64,000 nucleotides of DNA. Source: a virus. The notes under the pieces were generated by a model, which was given only the letters and a program-made list of their open reading frames with translations, did not search any database and had not been told where the DNA came from. The DNA lies in the IMG/VR virus record IMGVR_UViG_3300020578_000011, one strand, 5' to 3'. Positions 36,331-46,901 of the stretch are shown here, piece by piece; the first letter of the stretch is position 1; every line of letters begins with the position of its first letter. The position numbers and the translations under genes are program-made.

Positions 36331-38466
36331 ATGACGAATAATCGCAAAGCAAAAGATTCAATATCAGATCAGATGAATCCATATTTTAGGGTTCAGTTGA
36401 ATCCTAATTGGAAAGCATTAATAGAAGCAATTGGAGAATCTGATCAAGAAATAGCTGATCTTGTTCAAGAAGTTAGAAAACAATTTTTTGTAAGCACATC
36501 TACTCGTCCATATATAGATAAATTAGCATCTAATGTTAAAATTAGTAGACCTAAAGTTGTTGGAATGGATGATCAAACTATGCGTAAATACATTCCAATA
36601 CTGGCATATCAACCAAAACAAGTAAAATTAGTATTAGATCAATTATTAGATATTTTCTTTTTTAAAGAATCAACTACTGCTTTTGCAGAATCTTCAGTTA
36701 GTGAGCCTTTCTTATTAAAAAACGGATGGGATCTTACTTATCTTGTTGATAATTCAATTTTAGAAGAAATATATTTTAAAAGTGAAGATTTTGCAGATAT
36801 ATCTAATGCAACTGTCGACGAGGTTGTAGCTTGCATAAATCGTCAAGCTAAAAAATCATTTGCAGTTGCATTTGATAATCGTATACAAAAAAAGAAATTT
36901 ATAAGAATATTTACAAACACAATTGGATCAAAGGGATCTGTAGAAGTCACGGGCGGAAGAGCAAATATATCTATAAATTTTCCAGGTTTTATAGAAAATG
37001 CAGGATCTGGTTCTAGTACTAAATGGCAATTTTCAAAAATAGGTGATACTATAAAAATGCAACATGTACAAGGCTCGTCTCCTAGTTTAGAGTTTGTACA
37101 AGCTGGTGATGTTGCGATATTGGATTTTCCAAATAATTTTAAAAACAGTGGAAGTTTTATTATAAAAGAAGTAAATTTAAGTGATAACTATATTAAATTT
37201 ACTAATTTATTTAGTACAGAAGGTATTTTTGATCATTCTTTAGTTCCAGGATATTTTGTAAGATTTATTTCACCTAGAAAAAGTGTTGTCTATACTAGAG
37301 ATAATAGATCAGTTGTTTGGGAAGCAGCTCCTGGTGAGATTGTTATAGAAATGCCATCCACTCCTCCGGTTGTTAGAAGAAAACTAAAAGGATCGGCCCA
37401 CATAAATGGCCTAGTTGCTCCAATGATTAATAGAATCTCAGACACATCTTTAGAGTTGGATGATGCATCTGATTGGCCTAATTCTGGCAAAATAGTAATC
37501 GAACCAACGCAAGAAATAAAAACACATATTTTAACATCAATAGAAGATGATATTATATCTAAAAAAATAGAAGGAAGATATGATTGCACTGAATTAATTT
37601 TTAATTATACTAATAAAAATGGAAATGTATTAAGTGGTATATCTCCAAATTTGCCATTTTCTGCAGACATTTTTGAATTAGATATTTCTAGTTTACAAAG
37701 AGATTCTAATAATATAGTAACAGTTACAACAACAACTAATCATAATTTATCAGCTGGAACAGCCATTAGAATATATTCTGTAACAGAAACAACAAATGCA
37801 AATAATTTTAATGGAACATGGTTAGTTGACTCTGTTGTTAATTCTAATTCATTTAAATACAAATCCCTAGGTTCTCCTTCAGTTTTAAATGATGGAAAAG
37901 TAAGAATAGAAAAAATAGGCTTATCTAATAATGGAAGTCGTATTTATTTAAATTCAGCAATTATTAATACTAAAATAATAGGCCCAATGCTATGGGACAC
38001 TGGGGCACCTTTTGTGCTTTCTTCTTATACCGGTAAGACTATTACAGATATAAAATCTGGAAATATAGTATTAAACTTATCTATTGATCCATCAAACAAC
38101 ATACCTCAAGATCAGGGTTTTTTAATTTTTGATTATGGACTAAAAACACAAGAAGGACCTGTTAGGTATCTTTACAAAGCCTCTAACTCTACCATTGTAA
38201 TGGATCCTGCATATGTTTTTCAATATAATCACCTGCCAGGATCTGAAATTGTCGCAATAAGAAGAAAAGGTGCACATGTATTAGATGGCCTTGGAAAGGA
38301 ATACGGTTTTTATGTATCTGATCCTAGTGCGGCCAGAGAGGTTTTAAAAAGCTTAATATCGTCTGTAAAAAGCGTGGGAGTATATCTTAGATACATAATA
38401 AAATATCCAAATGTTGTCTATTCGGAATACGATCTATATGGAGAAACTTCTAATTTATTAGATTGA
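36331..38466 (+). CDS. Baseplate wedge (gpI/gp7-like) protein
   Basis: Follows J; MDDQTMRKYI N-terminus, SVKSVGVYLRY C-terminus. Confidence 0.6.
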   Translation: MTNNRKAKDSISDQMNPYFRVQLNPNWKALIEAIGESDQEIADLVQEVRKQFFVSTSTRPYIDKLASNVKISRPKVVGMDDQTMRKYIPILAYQPKQVKLVLDQLLDIFFFKESTTAFAESSVSEPFLLKNGWDLTYLVDNSILEEIYFKSEDFADISNATVDEVVACINRQAKKSFAVAFDNRIQKKKFIRIFTNTIGSKGSVEVTGGRANISINFPGFIENAGSGSSTKWQFSKIGDTIKMQHVQGSSPSLEFVQAGDVAILDFPNNFKNSGSFIIKEVNLSDNYIKFTNLFSTEGIFDHSLVPGYFVRFISPRKSVVYTRDNRSVVWEAAPGEIVIEMPSTPPVVRRKLKGSAHINGLVAPMINRISDTSLELDDASDWPNSGKIVIEPTQEIKTHILTSIEDDIISKKIEGRYDCTELIFNYTNKNGNVLSGISPNLPFSADIFELDISSLQRDSNNIVTVTTTTNHNLSAGTAIRIYSVTETTNANNFNGTWLVDSVVNSNSFKYKSLGSPSVLNDGKVRIEKIGLSNNGSRIYLNSAIINTKIIGPMLWDTGAPFVLSSYTGKTITDIKSGNIVLNLSIDPSNNIPQDQGFLIFDYGLKTQEGPVRYLYKASNSTIVMDPAYVFQYNHLPGSEIVAIRRKGAHVLDGLGKEYGFYVSDPSAAREVLKSLISSVKSVGVYLRYIIKYPNVVYSEYDLYGETSNLLD

Positions 38467-38535
38467 TAGTTTACAATGTATAATTATTAAAGTTAACAGC
38501 ACAAAATATAATAAAGTGCTTAATGGAGTTTGAAT

Positions 38536-41500
38536 ATGGCTGTATTATCTCGATTGCTGGTTGGTTCTCAACAACGTCTTGATTTGCCAGATGTTTTAGC
38601 AATCGAGTCGTATGTATCATCAGATTTTAAGAATTTAATAAAATCTTTTGTTGGATCATCGCCAATGATTCTTAAAGGATTTGAAGTAATAGACGCACCG
38701 CTTAGCATAAATCAGACAAATGTATCTATACGTGTTGCAGGTTCTGTTTTATACAATTCTCAATCATCTGCTGGCAGTTTCTTTTGTGGATTGGAAGAAG
38801 GACATCCATTAGCAACTCCACTTGTCCCTGATTTAAAAAACAATTCTACAAATTATGTCTATCTAACTCTCTCATCAGAGGGCTATGCTCAAGATACAAG
38901 AGCTTTTTGGGATGTTGACTTAAACAGTGGAGAGGGTGGTGAATTTAATCAAATAGTCAATACTCAATCTGTATTAAAAGTAGATATTAATGTATCTGTT
39001 TCAACTTTTCCAGATGGGACAATACCAATAGCAAAAATAGTAAAAGACGGATCCAGCATTAAAGAAATAATAGACTGTAGAAATATGATGTTTAGACTTG
39101 GATCTGGAGGCGTGTCTCCAGATCCAACAAATAAATTTTCTTTTAGATCACTGCCATCTTTAACATATACAAGAGACGAGCCGCCTATTTCTGTGGCAGG
39201 AACATCTGCGCCATCTCCGTTTTTTGGAGGAGATAAAAACATCTTTTCATTAAAAGAATGGATGGATGTTGTAATGACTAAAATATTAGAACTTTCTGGA
39301 ACAACATATTGGTATGAATCGTCTGCTGCTATAAGTTTACTTAATCTTTTTGATGACACGGTAGGAAGTTCAATAAAATCAAAAGGTCAATGGACACATG
39401 ATTCTAGTGTAGCTGGAAAAGTAACATGGTCAGAAGATATTATTTATCGCAAAATGAACGACCCAAGAGAGATAATAATAAGATCAAACGCAACAGGTAT
39501 AACGCTCGACAATGATGAAGTTATGTTTGTGCAAATGATTAGAAATGAAAAAATAAATTCATTTAACACAAGTGTTGGTTTTGAAAATAATAAAAACTAT
39601 ATTAATGGAATACAAGGTTCTTTTTCCAATTTAAAAAAAGGTGATTGGGTAAAGAAAAATAGTGATAATGATAATTTATACTTAAGAGTAGAAGAATTTT
39701 ATACAACCGAAGATTTAGCAAGCGGAGCTGGAGAGTCTGCGAATCTAGCTAGATCTGTTAAACTTAGCTCGACATATCAAGGAACAACTGAAACCTCTGT
39801 TCCAGCTGTGTATACAAGAGGCGTGTACGAAAATCTTGATATACAAAAAGCAAATAGATCCACTTCAACAATGTGGCTTCTTGGTGGTGGTTTTTACTGG
39901 TTGGCAAATAGATCAGATACTGTGCAAAATATACAATCTATAACCCCTGTTTATTTAACAAATGTTAATATAAAAGAGTCAGATGGAAAAAGAGCAAAAT
40001 TAGAATTTGCATCTAATCATGGTTTGTCTGATGGAGATAGGATTGTAGTATCTAATGCAGCAGCATATAATGGACTATATCAAGTAGAGGTTCAATCTTC
40101 TACTGTTGTAATAATAGAAACAGCAATAACTACAAATTTATCTAATATTACAGTTAGTTGGGCTGTTGTAACTACTAAAGAAAGATACTCTGATGGACAA
40201 TCTGGTGGCATATTGCTAGAATCTGCAAATCACGGATTTGAATCAAATCAAACAATTAAAATTACATCAACCGGAACTAACTATGATAGTTATAATTCTG
40301 GTTATTATAAAATAAATGTATTAAGCAATACTCAATTTCAAATTCCATATGATTCAAATACTACATATGTCGCACCCACTATTGGAATTGTAAATCAAGG
40401 CGTGGCTTCATGTGCTAGAATTAACTTAAGAACAGAATTTGGAGCTGTTAAGGTTATCCAAGGAGAATCTATTGATATCAATGAGCCAGATAGTGTCAAT
40501 ATATTAAGATTTATTGGCATGGATTCGTTATCTCAATCTTCTCCAGTTTATTCAATTCCTACTACAGATAACACTCTTCAAGGTTTTCAAAATTTCAATT
40601 CAGAATCTACAGATAGCGTAACAAGAAGACTTTCTAGATTGACATCCATGATGGCAGATCGAGTACAAGATCGTGGATCTATAACACATGGAAGAGTTAC
40701 TTTTAGAAACGAAACATCTGGATCAGATCAAATAATAAGCTCAAATGGCAATTTATATATAGAAAAACCCGGATCACCAAAACAAATAATTGATATTCCA
40801 GATTCTTTTAATTTATCAACAAATCAAGCATTAGTTGCTTCTATTAATAGAGAGTCCAATTCTACTATAATTCCAGTTGTAGAAACCCTGTACGATCCAT
40901 TTTTGCTAGATGAAAATAAAATAATATTATTTTATAGATTCAGCGACACATCAGTGTACTCATGGCAAGGTGTTGAGATAAAAAATTCTAGCTCATGGAC
41001 ATCTAATGATCATGAGAATGCTCAGAATAAAAATATCACAGTAATAGACAAGGCTGGTGTTTCTTTTACAAAAACAACATCTAGTAGCGGTTATTTTTAT
41101 TACAACAGTTCAAGCGGCATAATTACCGTATCTATAAACGGATCTTCTTCAGATAACACCATAAATGTATCTGCTATTAATGCACTTTCACAAGCAACTA
41201 GAACATTATCAAATGGACAATGTGTCTGGTTAAGAATTAATAGAGTTAATAGTAAGACTTTCAACAATATTAATACAAGCTCAACATATCAAGACAGCGA
41301 TACAAATGGTACCTTGTATATAACAAATAAAGCAGATGTCCCTGTTGATGAGGACGTTTTTGTAATCTATGCTTTAGATAATTTAGTTCTTTCTACTCTT
41401 AATCACACATCTGCCGTTGGCAACATATATGAAGAAAAAAAGATAATAGGTATCGGCGGACTTTCTTTAGGTTCTTTAATAAAACTTCCACATGATTCTA

Positions 41501-42402
41501 GAAATAATAACGAACCTCAAGCATACTCAAAAGGAGCTGGTCAATTAGAGGTTTATTTAAATGGTCAAAAATTAGTTAGAACAATTGACTGGGACGAAGA
41601 CCCCTCGACGTCTAATTTTGATTTAGCAGACCAGATAATTATAAATCAAAACTTAGTAGAAGAAGATGTTTTAGTTTTTAGAATAGCATCTACTGGTGGT
41701 GTTTATTTCTCAAATGTAACAAATTTTACAGATTTACAAGATGCATATGATAATGAAAGATCAATAACAACAATTCCTGGTTTACCTGTTTTAATAGACG
41801 GGGGATCTGATGTTGCTCTTAAAATAGTTGGAAAAATAGAAATTGGAAACACCGATCCAGGAGAAAACTATAATTTAAATGTAAATGGAACTGCAAAATT
41901 TTATAATTCAAACGCCGGTGTGTCAATTGAAGACGGCGGTATTAGATTTAACGAAACTGGTTCTTCTCCAAACTCTGTTTTATTAAAAGCATCTGATTCA
42001 ATGCTTACTAATGTAACAATAAAACTTCCATCTACATCTGGACTTAATAATCAGATAATATCAACTGATGGACTAGGTTCTCTTGTTTGGATAGATAAAA
42101 ATCCAAATATATTAGGACAGATGTCTAGTAATTTAGCATCTGGAACAATAGCAACAATAGATCCATTGGTTTATAGGAGTTTTATAGGACAGGTATCGAT
42201 ATTTATATCTTCAGTTAATAAGGCAGAAACTTTTCATTTAGTTGGCTCTAATAATGGAGTATCTTGGAAAATGAGTCAAACAACAGCTGGAGATTCTACT
42301 AATATAACAATTGCAATTGATAATAGTGGTTCTTTAACTTTTTCTGATCCAGTTTCTCAAGATAAAAATATTAAATTTGACTTATCAACACTGTTGATTT
42401 AA
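38536..42402 (+). CDS. Baseplate/tail fibre protein
   Basis: GGAG RBS; NHGLSDGD-type repeats; LEVYLNGQKL module; fibre-type C-terminus. Confidence 0.65.
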   Translation: MAVLSRLLVGSQQRLDLPDVLAIESYVSSDFKNLIKSFVGSSPMILKGFEVIDAPLSINQTNVSIRVAGSVLYNSQSSAGSFFCGLEEGHPLATPLVPDLKNNSTNYVYLTLSSEGYAQDTRAFWDVDLNSGEGGEFNQIVNTQSVLKVDINVSVSTFPDGTIPIAKIVKDGSSIKEIIDCRNMMFRLGSGGVSPDPTNKFSFRSLPSLTYTRDEPPISVAGTSAPSPFFGGDKNIFSLKEWMDVVMTKILELSGTTYWYESSAAISLLNLFDDTVGSSIKSKGQWTHDSSVAGKVTWSEDIIYRKMNDPREIIIRSNATGITLDNDEVMFVQMIRNEKINSFNTSVGFENNKNYINGIQGSFSNLKKGDWVKKNSDNDNLYLRVEEFYTTEDLASGAGESANLARSVKLSSTYQGTTETSVPAVYTRGVYENLDIQKANRSTSTMWLLGGGFYWLANRSDTVQNIQSITPVYLTNVNIKESDGKRAKLEFASNHGLSDGDRIVVSNAAAYNGLYQVEVQSSTVVIIETAITTNLSNITVSWAVVTTKERYSDGQSGGILLESANHGFESNQTIKITSTGTNYDSYNSGYYKINVLSNTQFQIPYDSNTTYVAPTIGIVNQGVASCARINLRTEFGAVKVIQGESIDINEPDSVNILRFIGMDSLSQSSPVYSIPTTDNTLQGFQNFNSESTDSVTRRLSRLTSMMADRVQDRGSITHGRVTFRNETSGSDQIISSNGNLYIEKPGSPKQIIDIPDSFNLSTNQALVASINRESNSTIIPVVETLYDPFLLDENKIILFYRFSDTSVYSWQGVEIKNSSSWTSNDHENAQNKNITVIDKAGVSFTKTTSSSGYFYYNSSSGIITVSINGSSSDNTINVSAINALSQATRTLSNGQCVWLRINRVNSKTFNNINTSSTYQDSDTNGTLYITNKADVPVDEDVFVIYALDNLVLSTLNHTSAVGNIYEEKKIIGIGGLSLGSLIKLPHDSRNNNEPQAYSKGAGQLEVYLNGQKLVRTIDWDEDPSTSNFDLADQIIINQNLVEEDVLVFRIASTGGVYFSNVTNFTDLQDAYDNERSITTIPGLPVLIDGGSDVALKIVGKIEIGNTDPGENYNLNVNGTAKFYNSNAGVSIEDGGIRFNETGSSPNSVLLKASDSMLTNVTIKLPSTSGLNNQIISTDGLGSLVWIDKNPNILGQMSSNLASGTIATIDPLVYRSFIGQVSIFISSVNKAETFHLVGSNNGVSWKMSQTTAGDSTNITIAIDNSGSLTFSDPVSQDKNIKFDLSTLLI

Positions 42403-42414
42403 TGGAGAAAAGCG

Positions 42415-44223
42415 ATGGCTGATAATTTTATAAATATAAAAAGTGGATTAAACATACCATCGTATCCAGATTTAATTTCATTAAATGCAATTTCAAATCC
42501 AAAGCCAGGTGATTGTGCTTTAGTAAATGGTTTTTTATATATATACAACGACACAGTGTGGAATTCTATTGGAGCTGTTTATTCTGTTAATGAAAAAATT
42601 GGAAACGTAAATCTTACTACTATAGATATACCAGAAGATCCATCTGGTCTTTACTATACAGATACTAGAGCAAAAACAGCCGCGATTGTTGATTCAACAT
42701 CTGGATCACAAACAGATCAAGCTGCATCTGTTTCTGCTATGAAGAATTATATAAATAGTGAAATTGGTATTGAAACTTCCAATAGAACATTGGCAGATTC
42801 TGCTTTGGTTAGCAAAAGCGGCGATTCTATAACTGGTAATTTAACTTTTTCTAATGGATCTGGCATTGAATCTACTTCTGATAATTCTGAATTAAATATT
42901 GGAACAACTTCTTATACTCACTCTGTAAATATAGGAACAGGCTCTCATGCTAGTTCTATAAATATAGGAACGGGAACAGGAACATCTACTATAAATATCG
43001 GAGCAGCTGGCGATACTGTAAATATCAATGGAGAGCTTACGTATGTTGGTGTTTCAAATTTAAATGTAACCGATAAAGATATAAATTTAAATGTTGGTGG
43101 GCCAGTTGCCTCTGGTGAAAGTTCTGGTGTTCATGTTGAAGAGGGTGGGATTATAACTGGTTATGTTCATGTTGCAAATTCTAGAAATAGCTGGGAAATA
43201 AAATCTCCAGCTAAAACCGGAACTATTCAAATAACACCTTCTAATAATGCTTTTAATACAGAAATTGTTTCATCTTCAACTTCAAATAGAACAATAACGC
43301 TTCCAGATTTAACGGGCACGATTGCTTTAACGTCTCAATTAAATAATTATATTTTAAATTCTGAAAAAGCAACAGCATCTGGCATTGCTACACTTGGTGT
43401 TGATAGTAAATTAATATTATCTCAATTGCCAAATCTTACAACTGCAAATATACCAGAAGATCCATCTGGTCTTTACTATACAGATGCTAGAGCAAAAACA
43501 GCTGCAGTTGTTAATTCAACCTCTGGAACACAAACAGATCAATCTGCATCTGTTTCTGCTATGAAGAATTATGCAATTTCAATATCTGAAAAAGCAGCAG
43601 CATCTGGCATTGCTACACTTGATATCAATAGCAAATTAACATTATCTCAATTTCCAGATTCAATTGCAAAACCAATAATCGCAGATCCTATTGGCAGTTC
43701 TAGTGGATCTTCGGGCTCTATAAGATTAAAAGAATTAGCTGCTAATGGTAATAATTATGTTTCCTTTAAAGCACCTGATTTAATAAATGCAGATACAGCA
43801 TGGACACTTCCTTCCCAAGATGGCACAATAGGCCAGGTGCTTGCAACAGATGGTGCAGGAATATTGGAATGGAGAACAAGTGGAACCATTGCATCTACAG
43901 ATACTGTAGCAGCAGCTGGTTATGCATTGAATCCATCATCGGTTAATACAAAAACAACATCATATACTCTTACTTCTTTAGATAATGGAAAAGTAATTGT
44001 AATGGATAGTTCTTCTCCAGTAAATCTAACAATACCATCTGGTTTATCTGTTGGTTTTAATTGTATGATAATACAAACTGGAGCAGGCCAGGTTACACTT
44101 GTTGCAAGCGGTACAACGTTAAATTCTGTAAATGGTTTAAAAATAAGTGTACAACATGGTTCTGTTTCGGTAATGAGTTATGCTTTTAATGTTTTTAATA
44201 TCTCTGGAAATGTTACATTTTAA
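42415..44223 (+). CDS. Tail fibre protein with internal duplications
   Basis: IPEDPSGLYYTD.RAK repeat twice; TLPSQDGTIGQVLATDGAG.L.W; C-terminal TSYTLTSLDNGKVI domain. Confidence 0.75.
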   Translation: MADNFINIKSGLNIPSYPDLISLNAISNPKPGDCALVNGFLYIYNDTVWNSIGAVYSVNEKIGNVNLTTIDIPEDPSGLYYTDTRAKTAAIVDSTSGSQTDQAASVSAMKNYINSEIGIETSNRTLADSALVSKSGDSITGNLTFSNGSGIESTSDNSELNIGTTSYTHSVNIGTGSHASSINIGTGTGTSTINIGAAGDTVNINGELTYVGVSNLNVTDKDINLNVGGPVASGESSGVHVEEGGIITGYVHVANSRNSWEIKSPAKTGTIQITPSNNAFNTEIVSSSTSNRTITLPDLTGTIALTSQLNNYILNSEKATASGIATLGVDSKLILSQLPNLTTANIPEDPSGLYYTDARAKTAAVVNSTSGTQTDQSASVSAMKNYAISISEKAAASGIATLDINSKLTLSQFPDSIAKPIIADPIGSSSGSSGSIRLKELAANGNNYVSFKAPDLINADTAWTLPSQDGTIGQVLATDGAGILEWRTSGTIASTDTVAAAGYALNPSSVNTKTTSYTLTSLDNGKVIVMDSSSPVNLTIPSGLSVGFNCMIIQTGAGQVTLVASGTTLNSVNGLKISVQHGSVSVMSYAFNVFNISGNVTF

Positions 44224-44240
44224 TATAAAGAGAAAATATT

Positions 44241-46589
44241 ATGTTTTCTATACCAACCATGCACGGATCTTTGAGTAAATTGCTTCAAAAAGATTATAGT
44301 AATTTATTATTTAATGGAAGTATATATTGCTCGACACAAGACGATCAGCATATTTATCTTGGTGGTGATTTTACAAATATAATTAATACAACACTTACAA
44401 AATCATATAGAAATGCATTAATTAATAAATTAGATGGATCTTTAGTTAATTCTGTAGTTAGATCATATTTAAATGGAGATGTTAATTCTTACGCCATAGA
44501 TGGCGAGTATATGTATATAGGTGGAAGTTTTACTAGTTATAATAATGTAACTAGAAATCGCATAGCTAAAATTAATATCCAAACTGGAATATTAGATTCC
44601 GTTTTTGATCCTGGAGACGGCTTTAGTAATAATGTTTTTTCAATTATTTTAGATGGGAATGATTTATATATATGTGGAAGTTTTAGTAGGTATAATAATA
44701 TAATGGCACAAGGTTTGGTTAAAATAAACAAAACAACTGGTGCATATGATAGTTCTTTTAATACATCTACTGGTTTTGATTCTAGTGTTTATTCGATGTT
44801 ATTAAATGGAAATGATTTATATATTGGTGGAGCTTTTAGCAGCTATAAAGGACAAACAAGAAATCGTTTAGTTAAAATTAATAAACTCACAGCAGCAGTT
44901 GATCCTGTTTTTGATATTTCTGGTGGATTTAGTTCTAGTATATATACATTGGCTTTAGATGGCAATAATTTATATGTTGGTGGAGCTTTTAGCAGCTATA
45001 AAGGACAAACAAGAAATCGTTTAGCTAAAATTAATAAAGACACAGCTATTGAAGTGGATACAGTCGGTACTGGTTTTAGTACTACTAGTGGATTTGATTC
45101 CTCTGTTAATTCATTATTATTAGATGGAAACAATCTATATGCAGGTGGTATGTTTACAGCTTACAAAAATAAAGTAAGAGAAAGAATAGTCAAGATAGAT
45201 AAAACAACAGCCGCAGAAGTAGATGCATCTGGTACTGGTTTTAGTACTACTAGTGGATTTAGTTTTCAAATTAAAACCATGATGGTTGACGGCAATAATC
45301 TATATGTTGGTGGAGCTTTTAGCAGCTATAAAGGAAACACCAGAGGGCATATAGTTAAAATAAACAAAGACACAGCAGCAGAAGTAGATGCATCTGGTAC
45401 TGGTTTTAGTACAACTAGTGGGTTTAATAATGCTGTTTATTCAATGGCAAGCACACCATATGGTTTGTATGTTAGTGGTTCTTTTACCACTTATAAATTA
45501 GATAATTTTTTTAATCGTTCTCGTATTGTTAAAATAAATAAAAAAACATCATTAATAGATACTGATTTTAATACATCTAGTGGTTTTAATAGTAGCGTTC
45601 TTTCAATACTTGTAAATGAAAATGATCTATATGTTGGTGGTTCTTTTTCAGGTTATTCGTCAAATGATAGACAATATTTAGCTAAAATAAACAAAATTAC
45701 AGCAGCAATTGATCCTGTTTTTGATATTTCTGGTGGATTTAGTTCTAGTATATATACATTGGCTTTAGATGGCAATAATTTATATGTTGGTGGTCAGTTT
45801 ACTTTCTACAAAGAAAACGCTAGACAACGAATTGTTAAAATAGATAAAATAACAGCAGCAGAAGTAGATCCCAATGGCACTGGCTTTAGTACTACTAGTG
45901 GGTTTAACAATACAGTAAGATCGATATTGTTAGATGGAAATAATTTATATGCGGGTGGTGTGTTTACAGCTTACAAAAATAAAGTAAGAGGAAGAATAGT
46001 CAAGATAGATAAAACAACAGCAGCAGAAGTAGATGCATCTGGTACTGGTTTTAGTAAAGGCGGAGACGTTGATCTCTCGTCTCCATTCGATCCAATTGTT
46101 TCTTATGGTTTTACTGATTATGTTACAAGTTTACTTATAGATGGAAATAATATATATGTTGGCGGCGGTTTTAGCGGATACATGGATGGATTATCAACTA
46201 TCATAACAAGCAATCTTGCAAAAATAAATAAAAACACAGCTATTTTAGAATCTTTTGGTGCTAGTTCAAAATTTAATAATCCAGTTAACTTGATTGCAAT
46301 AGATGGTAATAATTTATATATTGGTGGTTTATTTACCTCATATTTATCTAACACTAGACAACGAATTGTTAAAATAGATAAAACAACAGCAGCAGAAGTA
46401 GATGCATCTGGTACTGGTTTTAGTACAACTAGTGGGTTTAGTGCTCAAGTTTCATCTATTTTATTAGATAATAATTATATTTATATAAGTGGTAGTTTTA
46501 CTACATATAAAAACAATTCAAAAACACATTTTATCGTTCTTGATAAAAATAATATTTCTACTTCATTAAAATATTTTATATTAGGTTAA
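44241..46589 (+). CDS. Beta-propeller repeat protein (candidate receptor-binding protein)
   Basis: About 13 repeats of ~51-58 aa: LDGNNLYVGG.F..Y....R..IVKI.K.T. Confidence 0.8.
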   Translation: MFSIPTMHGSLSKLLQKDYSNLLFNGSIYCSTQDDQHIYLGGDFTNIINTTLTKSYRNALINKLDGSLVNSVVRSYLNGDVNSYAIDGEYMYIGGSFTSYNNVTRNRIAKINIQTGILDSVFDPGDGFSNNVFSIILDGNDLYICGSFSRYNNIMAQGLVKINKTTGAYDSSFNTSTGFDSSVYSMLLNGNDLYIGGAFSSYKGQTRNRLVKINKLTAAVDPVFDISGGFSSSIYTLALDGNNLYVGGAFSSYKGQTRNRLAKINKDTAIEVDTVGTGFSTTSGFDSSVNSLLLDGNNLYAGGMFTAYKNKVRERIVKIDKTTAAEVDASGTGFSTTSGFSFQIKTMMVDGNNLYVGGAFSSYKGNTRGHIVKINKDTAAEVDASGTGFSTTSGFNNAVYSMASTPYGLYVSGSFTTYKLDNFFNRSRIVKINKKTSLIDTDFNTSSGFNSSVLSILVNENDLYVGGSFSGYSSNDRQYLAKINKITAAIDPVFDISGGFSSSIYTLALDGNNLYVGGQFTFYKENARQRIVKIDKITAAEVDPNGTGFSTTSGFNNTVRSILLDGNNLYAGGVFTAYKNKVRGRIVKIDKTTAAEVDASGTGFSKGGDVDLSSPFDPIVSYGFTDYVTSLLIDGNNIYVGGGFSGYMDGLSTIITSNLAKINKNTAILESFGASSKFNNPVNLIAIDGNNLYIGGLFTSYLSNTRQRIVKIDKTTAAEVDASGTGFSTTSGFSAQVSSILLDNNYIYISGSFTTYKNNSKTHFIVLDKNNISTSLKYFILG

Positions 46590-46591
46590 AA

Positions 46592-46792
46592 ATGTTAAAA
46601 ATATTATACTCAAGAAGAACATTAATAGCAATTGTATCAATGACTTATTTATTAATATTAGGATTGGTTGTAAAGGCAGATGTTGTTGGAGCAATGGTTA
46701 TGATTGCAACATCTTTGGCTCTTGGTAATGCTGCAGAAGGTATTTTTAGTCAAGTTGGTATCAAACAAAAAAATAAGTCCGATATGGAATAA
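46592..46792 (+). CDS. Small two-TM protein (holin-like)
   Basis: Two hydrophobic segments and a basic C-terminus. Confidence 0.5.
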   Translation: MLKILYSRRTLIAIVSMTYLLILGLVVKADVVGAMVMIATSLALGNAAEGIFSQVGIKQKNKSDME

Positions 46793-46901
46793 ACTATTAT
46801 TGTGATATGATAATAAAGACACACACTTGGGGAGTTAACAAGTTGTGATATTAGTGCCATAAGTACTTGTCGTCTCCCTTTGGTTATAATAAGAGGTTGA
46901 G

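Noticed and set aside
15962-42402. Extracellular contractile injection system or tailocin rather than a phage
   Set aside because: Linked replication, recombination, endolysin, neck and early genes indicate a phage; head genes are presumably outside the window.
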